A DNA stretch of 64,000 nt from Nitrospinales bacterium (GTDB lineage: Bacteria > Nitrospinota > Nitrospinia > Nitrospinales > VA-1): the NCBI GenBank assembly GCA_965262115.1, contig OZ253496.1:1312001-1376000 (forward strand), given 5' to 3'. Shown here one piece after another: positions 9,134 through 17,622 of this stretch. The notes below the pieces were generated by a model that was not told where the DNA came from, searched no databases, and worked only from the letters and a program-made list of their open reading frames with translations. A program made the translations under genes and the position numbers. The first letter of the stretch is position 1; each line of letters opens with the position of its first letter.

Positions 9134-10975
9134 ATGCCTTTGAAAATAGCATTGATCAACATGCCCTTCGGGTTCCATATCTATCCATCCATCCAGTTGG
9201 GGACTCTCTCGACCTTACTGAAAACCCACGGTTGCGAGGTAAAGAGCCATTACCTGAACCTTCATTTTGCGCATCAGCTCGGCCTGCCGGTCTACAACCA
9301 ACTCTGTGAAAAACGCTTCCTGATTGGCGAGTGGCTGTTCTCCCACCCCCTTTTCGGGGACAATGCCAGGAACCAGGATTACATGAACCATTTTGACCCG
9401 CATATTGAAGATGTCTGCCAATCCATTGAGCGTCCAAGGGAGTTTTTAGTCGATGTAAAGACCAAAATGGTCCCCGAATTTCTTCAGTGGGCCCGGGACT
9501 CCTGCGACTGGGGAGCCTTTGATGTCGTAGGCTTTTCTTCGACCTTCAATCAAAACATCGCCAGTCTGACTCTGGCTAAATGGATCAAGGAAAAATATCC
9601 CCATGTAAAAATCCTGTTTGGCGGGTCCAATTTTGAATCCGATATGGGATTGGAATATTTCCGGGTCTTTCCATGGATCGATTATGTAGTACCCGGAGAA
9701 GCTGAAGATGTATTGCCACAACTGGTCAAATATCTCGAACAGGGCGGGCCGGTTCCCCGCAGCGTGGTTCACCGCTGTGAAGGGGAAGTGCTTTATCAGG
9801 AGCCCGAGGCTATGTTCGGCAACTTTCAGGATTACCCGGCTCCCGATTACGACGATTTTTTTGATCAGTTGCGGGAGATAGATCCGAATTCTTCTCTGCT
9901 GGAAAACCCGGTTATTCTTTATGAAACCGCGCGGGGTTGCTGGTGGGGGGAGAAACATCACTGCACTTTTTGTGGTTTGAACGCCAGTACCATGAAGTTC
10001 CGGTCCAAGCCTATCGAGCAGGTTCACGCCGATCTTTCCCAGCTTTCAAAAAAATACGACACCTTTCGCTTCCGACTGGTCGACAACATCCTGGAAATGA
10101 AATATATCGACGGAGTTTTTGGTGCCCTGGCTGAAAACAACTATGACCTGCATTTTTTTATTGAAGTCAAAAGTAACCTGACTAAAAAGCAAATCAAGAC
10201 TCTGGCTCAGGGTGGGGCAAAAGCAATTCAGCCAGGCATTGAGAGTTTCAGCAGTAATCAATTGCAGGAAATGGATAAGGGCGTCCGGCCCCTGCAAAAC
10301 ATTCTCTGTATGAAATGGGCGATGTATTATGGCATTGAGATCAACTGGAATATCCTGATCGGGTTTCCTGGCGAAACAGATGACGATTACCGGCAGCAGA
10401 TTGACCTGATTAAACTACTGTTCCATCTGCCTCCGCCCGAGTGCGTCGGCAGCCTATGGCTCGAAAGGTTCAGCCCCTATTTCCAGCGGCCGGAAGAATA
10501 TGGAATAAAAATCACGGCACCGGGGGAAGCCTATCCCTTTGTTTATGATCATCCCGATGTCGACCATTTAAAAATCGCTTATGATTTTGAATTTGAAACG
10601 AGTAACCGGATTGACCCGCAACTGAAGCAGGAGTTATTTCAAACTGCGGAAGAATGGAAACAAAGACACCAGTCAGAACAATTGCCTTACCTGATTTTTA
10701 CCAAGGCCATGGATTTTGTGACCGTTTATGACCAAAGGTCACTGGAATCCATCAAAACCAGATTGGAAGGACCACATGCCTGGGCATTCATCTGCTGCAA
10801 CGAAGCACCAAAATCCGTGGAACAAATTCGCCAATATTTCCGGGAAAAAATGGAGCAAGAGCCTGAAGACAATCTGGCCGAAAATGCCATTGCCTATCTT
10901 GAAGAAAAAGGCTTCCTTTATGGAGAGCGGGGCAAATACCTGAATCTGGCCCTGCCGCATAATTCCAACCTTTAA
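9134..10975 (+). CDS. Cobalamin-dependent (class B) radical SAM methyltransferase, RiPP-maturation type (TIGR03975-like)
   Basis: N-terminal B12-binding region (INMPF...PSIQLGTL, VVGFSSTFNQ, GGSNF, GEAE) and the expanded cluster motif RGCWWGEKHHCTFCGLN (Cx7Cx2C); also IQPGIES, WNILIGFPGET and ERFSPYF. Confidence 0.88.
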   Translation: MPLKIALINMPFGFHIYPSIQLGTLSTLLKTHGCEVKSHYLNLHFAHQLGLPVYNQLCEKRFLIGEWLFSHPLFGDNARNQDYMNHFDPHIEDVCQSIERPREFLVDVKTKMVPEFLQWARDSCDWGAFDVVGFSSTFNQNIASLTLAKWIKEKYPHVKILFGGSNFESDMGLEYFRVFPWIDYVVPGEAEDVLPQLVKYLEQGGPVPRSVVHRCEGEVLYQEPEAMFGNFQDYPAPDYDDFFDQLREIDPNSSLLENPVILYETARGCWWGEKHHCTFCGLNASTMKFRSKPIEQVHADLSQLSKKYDTFRFRLVDNILEMKYIDGVFGALAENNYDLHFFIEVKSNLTKKQIKTLAQGGAKAIQPGIESFSSNQLQEMDKGVRPLQNILCMKWAMYYGIEINWNILIGFPGETDDDYRQQIDLIKLLFHLPPPECVGSLWLERFSPYFQRPEEYGIKITAPGEAYPFVYDHPDVDHLKIAYDFEFETSNRIDPQLKQELFQTAEEWKQRHQSEQLPYLIFTKAMDFVTVYDQRSLESIKTRLEGPHAWAFICCNEAPKSVEQIRQYFREKMEQEPEDNLAENAIAYLEEKGFLYGERGKYLNLALPHNSNL

Positions 10976-10986
10976 ACTCTTACGTT

Positions 10987-11604
10987 ATGAAAAAACCCGG
11001 ATCAAAGGGCGAGCATAATCTGCAAAAAAAATTTGAAGCTGAGAAACGCGCGTCAGCCTTTTATAATTCCCAATTGCTCAACCAGCTTAATCCTGAAATG
11101 TGCCGGTTTATTGTTGAGCAGGAAATGGTTTTCATTTCCACCTCTGACTCAAAAGGTGAGTGTGACGCCTCCTTCCGTGCTGGCCATGCCGGTTTCGTGG
11201 AAGTCCTGGACGAAAAAACCCTGCTCTTTCCCGAATACCGAGGCAATGGAGTTCTGGCCAGCATGGGGAACATTGCGGAAAATCCGCATATAGGAATGGT
11301 CTTTGTTGATTTCTACCGAAGCTCTATAGGACTGCATGTCAATGGAAATGCAGAAATCCTTTCCAACGAGGAACTGGAGGCCAGTCACGATTTGTCTGAA
11401 AAAATAAAACAGGCACTTACAAATTCGGGTTCACGGAAACCCATAGCATGGATCAAGGTCGAAGTAGAAGAAGCCTATATCCACTGCTCCAAACATATCC
11501 CTCTCATGAAAAAAAGAGATAAAACCATTCATTGGGGAACCGATGACGAAAAACTAAAAGGCGGTGATTTTTTTAATGCCAAAGGCCGCAACTCATCAAC
11601 ATGA
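10987..11604 (+). CDS. Pyridoxamine 5'-phosphate oxidase-like FMN-binding protein
   Basis: GECDASFRAG, FPEYRGNGVLASMGNIAENPHIG and EEAYIHCSKHIP motifs. Confidence 0.85.
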   Translation: MKKPGSKGEHNLQKKFEAEKRASAFYNSQLLNQLNPEMCRFIVEQEMVFISTSDSKGECDASFRAGHAGFVEVLDEKTLLFPEYRGNGVLASMGNIAENPHIGMVFVDFYRSSIGLHVNGNAEILSNEELEASHDLSEKIKQALTNSGSRKPIAWIKVEVEEAYIHCSKHIPLMKKRDKTIHWGTDDEKLKGGDFFNAKGRNSST

Positions 11605-11613
11605 TTGCGCAGA

Positions 11614-11848
11614 ATGGCAATGCTCCTGATTAATGAAGGCATGAGTGTCTTTAGGGCCAAAAGAATACTTAATGTCTAGGGTTCTGAAGAACGATACCTT
11701 TTTCAAAGTGTTTACATGATGTTTGAGGGACGGTTTGACAAGCTCTGGGGGGGGGCAGACTCTCCCCTTAACAAAATGGTGTTCATCGGGCCAGAACCTG
11801 AATCCCCAAAGACTGGAAGAAAGCCTGAAGAGCTATACCGTCACCTGA
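11614..11848 (+). pseudogene. Decayed C-terminal domain of a CobW/COG0523 metal-chaperone GTPase
   Basis: Manual translation: MLLINEGMSVFRAKRILNV*GSEERYLFQSVYMMFEGRFDKLWG...NKMVFIG then a frameshift to QNLNPQRLEESLKS; TAG at 11677-11679. Confidence 0.75.
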
Positions 11849-11899
11849 TGGTTGGGTTTGGCGGAAAACCCTGTAACTTTTAATTTTGCAAAATTACTC

Positions 11900-12603
11900 A
11901 TGGCAGAAGAAGACCGAGAAAAGCCTGGCGGGTCTCAGGAAATTGAACTCAGTGAATCGGAGATCAAAGAACTTAAACGCCTGGAAGCCAAGAAACAAGC
12001 CGAGCAACAAAAGGTGCTTGGCTCTAAAGACAATCTATTTGGGGCGATCCTGACCGATCTGGACCTGGAAGGACTAGATTTGCATGACGCCAAAATGGCA
12101 AAAGCAAACCTCAACAACACCAATCTGAGTGGGGCCAATTTGAGCAATGCTAATTTCATTGAAGCAGATTTGACAGAAGCCAATTTGTCAAAGGCCGACC
12201 TGCATGATGCCTATTTTGCCGATGCCCAATTGATTGCGGCAGATTTTTCCGAGGCCGACCTGCGCTGAGCAGATTTCAGTTGGGCTGTTTTAAGCGAAGT
12301 CCGATTCAATGAAGCAAATCTGCTGGAAGTTGATTTTACCGAAGCGACTCCGGTCGCCTCCGACTTCACCTGGCCAATGTGACCGGAGCAAATTTCGACC
12401 AGACAAACCTGATTGATGTACGTTTGAAGGAGATTGATCTGTCTCAAGCGCTGAACCTTACGCCGGAACAAATCGAATCCGCCGAAATCGACAAGGCCAC
12501 CCAACTCCCTCCTTACCTCGAAGTAATATGGGAAGATAGGGATAACTTCAAAGTACAAAAGGTGACTGAGAAAAAATCCAGGCGGGAAAAAGCAAAAAAA
12601 TAA
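11900..12603 (+). pseudogene. Pentapeptide-repeat protein with an internal TGA and a 1-bp deletion frameshift
   Basis: A(D/N)LxxA repeats continue in frame past the TGA at 12266-12268 (ADFSWAVLSEVRFNEANLLEVDF), then shift frame near 12370 into ORF 12379-12603. Confidence 0.85.
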
Positions 12604-12654
12604 ATCGTCTTTGCTTAATCAATATTTTGTTCTAAAGAAACCAGAACCCTTCTA

Positions 12655-12837
12655 TCAACCCCGGCCTTCCTCAAACTGAATCTCGCCATCCGCACCCACT
12701 GCATATCTTATTTCTATCGGACGGCAACAGACTTCACAATCTTCTATATATTCCTGATGCGGCACCGACAAATCCAAGAGGACGGAAATGGACTGACCAC
12801 AATGCGGGCAGTTAAAAAATTGTTCGACCTGCTCCAT
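12655..12837 (-). CDS. CPXCG-motif cysteine-rich small protein
   Basis: CPHCG...YIEDCEVCCRPI. Confidence 0.9.
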   Translation of the reverse strand: MEQVEQFFNCPHCGQSISVLLDLSVPHQEYIEDCEVCCRPIEIRYAVGADGEIQFEEGRG

Positions 12838-12848
12838 GCTCGATTCAG

Positions 12849-13241
12849 TTATTCCTGCATACGAAAATCTTTGGAGAAATAGGATACCAGGTCTTTCACC
12901 GAAAGGATGCCCACTATTTTATCCTCTTCCGTAACCCCCAAATGCCGAATCTTATTTTTATGCATAAATCGGTTCGCCTCTTCAATAGGCAAATAACAAT
13001 CCAACGAAAGCACAGGGCTTGTCATGATTTCCGAAATCGGAGTGGCGTCCGGGTTCAAACCTTTACCCAATACTTTTCGGGTCAGGTCCGTTTCGGTCAC
13101 AATACCCACATACTCGTCAAATTTTTTCACCAGCAAAGACCCGATATTATTTGCCGTCATAAACAAGGCGGCTTCCTGAACAGTAGACTCTATGTCTATA
13201 CTCAATACGGGGGATACCATATAATCGCCGATTTCATCCAT
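12849..13241 (-). CDS. CBS domain-pair protein
   Basis: Two CBS repeats (IGSLLV...GIVTETDL; IRHLGV...GILSVKDL); GGAGGAGG ribosome-binding site. Confidence 0.9.
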   Translation of the reverse strand: MDEIGDYMVSPVLSIDIESTVQEAALFMTANNIGSLLVKKFDEYVGIVTETDLTRKVLGKGLNPDATPISEIMTSPVLSLDCYLPIEEANRFMHKNKIRHLGVTEEDKIVGILSVKDLVSYFSKDFRMQE

Positions 13242-13461
13242 GTTCCTCCTCCTTATTTAAAAGGTGCCATGATGCCCATAATTCTTGGATGCCGGACAAA
13301 GGCCGGGGATTCGCTCTTTTTAAGACCCTTAAAATACCTCAAGACAGGGGCTGAAAACAATAGCAAAAGGCGGACCATAACTTCTCGAATTTTAAGGAGT
13401 TATTGATTTATACCGTTTTTATTATAAAATCTGCAATTCAACAGGAAACATCCATAGCCCT

Positions 13462-13926
13462 ATGCCTCACGAAATAAATGTCGTTTTAGTCGAACCGGAA
13501 ATTCCCATGAATACGGGAACGATTGGGAGGTTGTGCCTTGCGACAGGGAGCACCCTGCACCTGATAGAACCGCTGGGATTCGAAATCAGCAACAGCCAGC
13601 TTAAACGAGCGGGTCTGGATTATTGGAAACACGTAAATGTCAAAACCTACCCCGGCCTTGAAATGTTTCTTCGAAGCATTCTCCCTTCTGCCCAAAAGGT
13701 ATTTTTCTCCACCAAGGGGAAGAAGGATTTTTTCCAACATGCATTTCAACCAGGCGCCTATCTGTTCTTTGGCAGTGAAACTCAGGGGCTACCAAAAAGT
13801 TTACTGCAATCCAATCAGGATACCACTTATCGCATCCCACAATATGATGAACGGGTTCGGTCTATCAATATTGCAAATGCAGTTAGCATAGCTGTTTACG
13901 AAGCCATCCGACAACTGGGAGTCTAA
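13462..13926 (+). CDS. trmL: tRNA (cytidine/uridine-34 2'-O)-methyltransferase
   Basis: EPEIPMNTGTIGR, LKRAGLDYW, FGSETQGLP and RSINIANAV SPOUT motifs. Confidence 0.93.
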   Translation: MPHEINVVLVEPEIPMNTGTIGRLCLATGSTLHLIEPLGFEISNSQLKRAGLDYWKHVNVKTYPGLEMFLRSILPSAQKVFFSTKGKKDFFQHAFQPGAYLFFGSETQGLPKSLLQSNQDTTYRIPQYDERVRSINIANAVSIAVYEAIRQLGV

Positions 13927-13969
13927 GCCTCAAAAAAATACCAGCCGAGTTGCTCCATAACAATCTGGC

Positions 13970-14350
13970 TCATACACCCGGATCAACCTGAGAAAAATCT
14001 TCTGGCTTAACGTCGAATTTTCGGTAGTACTGCCGCAACAACCCTCTGGCCTCCACCTTATTCACCTGATCGTTTTTATTGCCAAAAAGGTTGCCGGCTT
14101 TAAGAATATGCAAAATGGCTTTTTCTCCGTTGCTCATGCTTTCATACAAAACCGCCAGGTTAAAATGCGCTTCCGCAGATTTTGGATTGCCCTTTAAAGT
14201 TTCTTCAAATTCGCGAACCGCTTCTTCCGCCCTGTCCGCCCTTTCATAGGCCGTGCCCAGGTTAAAATGCGCCGCCGGATCATCGGGCGTGGATTCCACC
14301 TGGGCTCTCAGTTCCTTTATTTCCTTGCTCTCAAAAAATTTTCCGAACAT
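13970..14350 (-). CDS. Tetratricopeptide-repeat protein
   Basis: AHFNLGTAY and AHFNLAVLY repeats. Confidence 0.85.
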   Translation of the reverse strand: MFGKFFESKEIKELRAQVESTPDDPAAHFNLGTAYERADRAEEAVREFEETLKGNPKSAEAHFNLAVLYESMSNGEKAILHILKAGNLFGNKNDQVNKVEARGLLRQYYRKFDVKPEDFSQVDPGV

Positions 14351-14469
14351 TTTTTATGCTTGGTTCTTTAAATTCTTTGCGCTCAAAGAGATTTTTTTGA
14401 ACACAATTTTTCACTCCAGACTCTCAGTTCTTCAGTACCATTACTTTTAAAACAATCTCAACATACAAC

Positions 14470-14826
14470 TCAAAGACCGGAATCGCCCAACTCGTCCTCT
14501 TCAAACAATTCCATCAGGGAGTTTCTGGAATCGTCTTGAAATTGTTCCTGGTCTTTACGGTCAATATATAAGTTCAACTGCTTCAAATGTTCCGCCGACA
14601 AATTGCACAATATCAACCGTTCCATAACAGTTTCTTTTTGGTAATCGTTCAGCAATTTACCGATACAATTGTGGAGAAACGGGGTCAAAATAGACTGCAC
14701 CTCCTCAAAATCCAATTCCACCGGGTTGCCTTTCTGAAATTCTGGAGCAAGCATAGAGTACACCTTCTGCCCATCATCGATGGACGCGCAATGAGCTCCC
14801 ACATGTTCTGATAGTCTGATTTTCAT
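14470..14826 (-). CDS. STAS-like (DUF4325-type) domain protein
   Basis: DGQKVY...VELDFEEVQSILTPFLHNCIGKL. Confidence 0.7.
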   Translation of the reverse strand: MKIRLSEHVGAHCASIDDGQKVYSMLAPEFQKGNPVELDFEEVQSILTPFLHNCIGKLLNDYQKETVMERLILCNLSAEHLKQLNLYIDRKDQEQFQDDSRNSLMELFEEDELGDSGL

Positions 14827-15028
14827 CGTTTATTATTTCCTTCACATCGAGTCTGCATAAAAATATCTTGCTATTTTACTCATGATACCTCTGCATACCC
14901 CATAAATTTCCGCAATAATTTCATATTTTCTGGTGTTTTTGCCATGAAACATGCCAGCCGAGGTCAAATTTGCCTTAATTTTACCGATAAGTTGTTATAA
15001 TTAAACCTCTAACCTTATAGTTCCAGCA

Positions 15029-15154
15029 ATGCGAAACACCTCTTTCACACGGGGCTCTGGCCGCTCGACTGTTTTTGGCGCAACAGCTCGAACCGTTTTC
15101 TTAGGATTCCTGCTTTTATTAGGTTTCCCCCTCCACACTTCTGCTGCTTGCTGA
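15029..15154 (+). CDS. 41-aa ORF resembling an isolated signal peptide or leader peptide upstream of hflX
   Basis: MRNTSFTRGSGRSTVFGATARTVFLGFLLLLGFPLHTSAAC*; not in the ORF track. Confidence 0.35.
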   Translation: MRNTSFTRGSGRSTVFGATARTVFLGFLLLLGFPLHTSAAC

Positions 15155-15178
15155 TATACGCTATAATCCGCTTGACCT

Positions 15179-16480
15179 ATGGAACCCAAAAACACGATTC
15201 ACATAAACGCCCAGACCTCAAAACCAAAAGCCATATTGGTGGGGGTTAGCATGCCGGGCATCCGATCCCCGTCCACTGAAATTTCACTTGAAGAACTGGA
15301 AGGTCTTGCAACCACTGCCAATTATGAGCCGGTGGCCACGTTGACCCAGCACTTAGCAGAGATTAACTGCAAAACCTTTTTAGGCAGTGGAAAAGTGGAA
15401 GAGATCAGGCAAGCCGTCAAGTACCATTATCCGGAAGCAGTCATTTTTGACGAAGAACTGTCGCCCCGACAAAACCGGGAACTGGAAAATATTCTGAAAT
15501 GCAGGGTCATGGACCGACCCTGGGTCATCCTGGAAATTTTTAGCGACCACGCCCGAACCCGGGAGGCGAAAACCCAGGTTGAACTGGCAAGGATGAAATA
15601 TGCCCTTCCCCGTCTTACCGGAATGTGGGGACACCTTTCCCGGCAACGAGGCGGAATTGGCATGAAGGATGTGGGAGAAACCCAGATCCAACTGGACCGC
15701 CGAATGATCCGCAATGAGATCCACAAACTGGAAAAAAAACTCGTTCAAATCGATAAGGAAAAAAAGACCCAGAGAAAAAACAGGCAGGGAACTTATAAAG
15801 TAGCGTTGGTCGGTTACACCAACGCAGGAAAATCCACACTGATGAATTGCCTGACGGGTGCTGACACGCTGGTCGAGGATAAATTCTTCGCGACCCTGGA
15901 CGCGACCGTGCGCAAGATAAAGAAAAATTTTCCCTACCCGGTACTGCTCTCAGATACCGTTGGACTGATCAACAAATTGCCTCATGATCTGGTCGCCTCG
16001 TTTAAGAGCACCCTGGACGAAGTGCGTGATGCCGACTTACTGATTCATGTCGTGGACCTCAGTCATCACAAATATGCCGAACAAATGCGCACCGCAGATG
16101 ACCTTCTTCAGCAAATTGGAGTGGACAATATCGATATTCTCACCGTCTTCAATAAAGTTGATGCGTTGTCGAACACCGAAATTCTGGATCGGGTCCTTCA
16201 TGCTTATCCTTCTGCAATCGGTATTTCCTGCAAAACGGGACAAGGCATCGATTCGCTCCGCCAACAAATGGCCTGCCATTATGAGAAAAATCTGGTACCG
16301 TACCGTCTCGAACTGGAGCACTCCCAGACCATGCTCATTCAGGAAATACGGAAACATGCCCTGGTGTTGAAGGAGGATTACAACCCCAACGGCATTGCAT
16401 TAAGCTTACGGCTTTCTCCGGAGGCAAAAGCTAAACTGGAATCCATTTTGAAACGATCTATAAAACCCACACCGGGATGA
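15179..16480 (+). CDS. hflX: Ribosome-splitting GTPase HflX
   Basis: GSGKVEEI, HARTREAKTQVELA, GYTNAGKST, FATLD, DTVG and NKVD motifs. Confidence 0.96.
   Translation: MEPKNTIHINAQTSKPKAILVGVSMPGIRSPSTEISLEELEGLATTANYEPVATLTQHLAEINCKTFLGSGKVEEIRQAVKYHYPEAVIFDEELSPRQNRELENILKCRVMDRPWVILEIFSDHARTREAKTQVELARMKYALPRLTGMWGHLSRQRGGIGMKDVGETQIQLDRRMIRNEIHKLEKKLVQIDKEKKTQRKNRQGTYKVALVGYTNAGKSTLMNCLTGADTLVEDKFFATLDATVRKIKKNFPYPVLLSDTVGLINKLPHDLVASFKSTLDEVRDADLLIHVVDLSHHKYAEQMRTADDLLQQIGVDNIDILTVFNKVDALSNTEILDRVLHAYPSAIGISCKTGQGIDSLRQQMACHYEKNLVPYRLELEHSQTMLIQEIRKHALVLKEDYNPNGIALSLRLSPEAKAKLESILKRSIKPTPG
16423..16468 (+). repeat. 46-bp direct repeat, copy 1 (inside the hflX 3' end)
   Basis: GGCAAAAGCTAAACTGGAATCCATTTTGAAACGATCTATAAAACCC, identical to 17533-17578. 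Confidence 0.95.
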
Positions 16481-16502
16481 CGTGTTAACGCCAATACGAT
16501 AA

Positions 16503-17366
16503 ATGACAAAAATTAATTGGGCATATTGTCAAAAAAATTCTGATTCAATCCTTGCTTCCGGTCTAAATTTATTACAAGAAGACACTATAGAAGACTTCGA
16601 TAGCGAATTCTCAAAAGACTATGGTAATTATCTCATTTCCGATAAAAGTAAGGAATGGAATTATATTGGAGAAGCAAAAAACCTTTCTAAAAGATTAAAA
16701 CAGCACTCCAAAGAAGAGACTTCTACATTCTATAAGAACTATAAAAAGCTTGAAAAAGACTTCTGCAATTATCCAAAAGGTCTTAAAATTAGTCAATTTG
16801 AAGTTAGAACTATTAACACTAAAATAGGACGGAAAGAACTTGAGGAATTTGGAATAGTAAACATTCCTGCTGTTTTAAATAAATTCCAAAAACGGAAAAG
16901 GAATAGATTTAAACAAAAAGTTGATACTGAAATTTGGAACGGAACTCAGAGCAATTTCCATTCAATTCTCGAACAAGAAGAAAAGAAATTAATGGGTTTA
17001 AAAAGTTATAATTGGTTTCAACCACAAATACCTTCAACTGCTGGACTATATTGGGTTGAAAACAAATCGAAAGGACTCATTTATATTGGAGAAAGTTCTA
17101 ATATCTACGAAAGATATGGTACTCATTCTAGAGATACTTATTTTTCAGCATTAAGACGACATATTGGAGAAAAGATTCTTGGTTTCAACTTGCAGACAAT
17201 TAACAATCGTAAAAGATATTTCTCGAAATCAGAAAATGACGAAATAACTACTTTTTTAAAAGAATGTATTATTAAACCATTTTCAATCAATTATGGAAGG
17301 TATGAGCTTGAAGAATATTTAATACGAAAATACAACCCGTTATTGAATAGAAAAGGAAATAAGTAA
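16503..17366 (+). CDS. Tandem GIY-YIG nuclease (two domains), AT-rich
   Basis: GNYLI...NYIGEAKNLSKRLKQH...ELEE...LN and GLYWV...IYIGESSNIYERYGTH...ELEEYLIRKYNPLLN. Confidence 0.85.
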   Translation: MTKINWAYCQKNSDSILASGLNLLQEDTIEDFDSEFSKDYGNYLISDKSKEWNYIGEAKNLSKRLKQHSKEETSTFYKNYKKLEKDFCNYPKGLKISQFEVRTINTKIGRKELEEFGIVNIPAVLNKFQKRKRNRFKQKVDTEIWNGTQSNFHSILEQEEKKLMGLKSYNWFQPQIPSTAGLYWVENKSKGLIYIGESSNIYERYGTHSRDTYFSALRRHIGEKILGFNLQTINNRKRYFSKSENDEITTFLKECIIKPFSINYGRYELEEYLIRKYNPLLNRKGNK

Positions 17367-17532
17367 AGGCGCTAATTGAGTAAACAGCTCCACCAGTAGA
17401 AACTGGCGGAGGTCGTTAAGGCGAAGATTGCAGCCCAGCATCAGACCAGTTTGTTTTCTCCAGAGATGGTTGTTAAGCAGGTGATTGGAGCAAAAGAGGC
17501 GTCTGCATCCAGATCGTCCGATTTTCTCCAAG

Positions 17533-17578
17533 GGCAAAAGCTAAACTGGAATCCATTTTGAAACGATCTATAAAACCC
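17533..17578 (+). repeat. 46-bp direct repeat, copy 2 (displaced hflX 3' end)
   Basis: Identical to 16423-16468 and followed by GAT TGA, giving an alternative hflX ending ...KPD*. Confidence 0.95.
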
Positions 17579-17622
17579 GATTGACATACATTCGCATCGC
17601 CCCGGGTTTATAAACCTGATCT

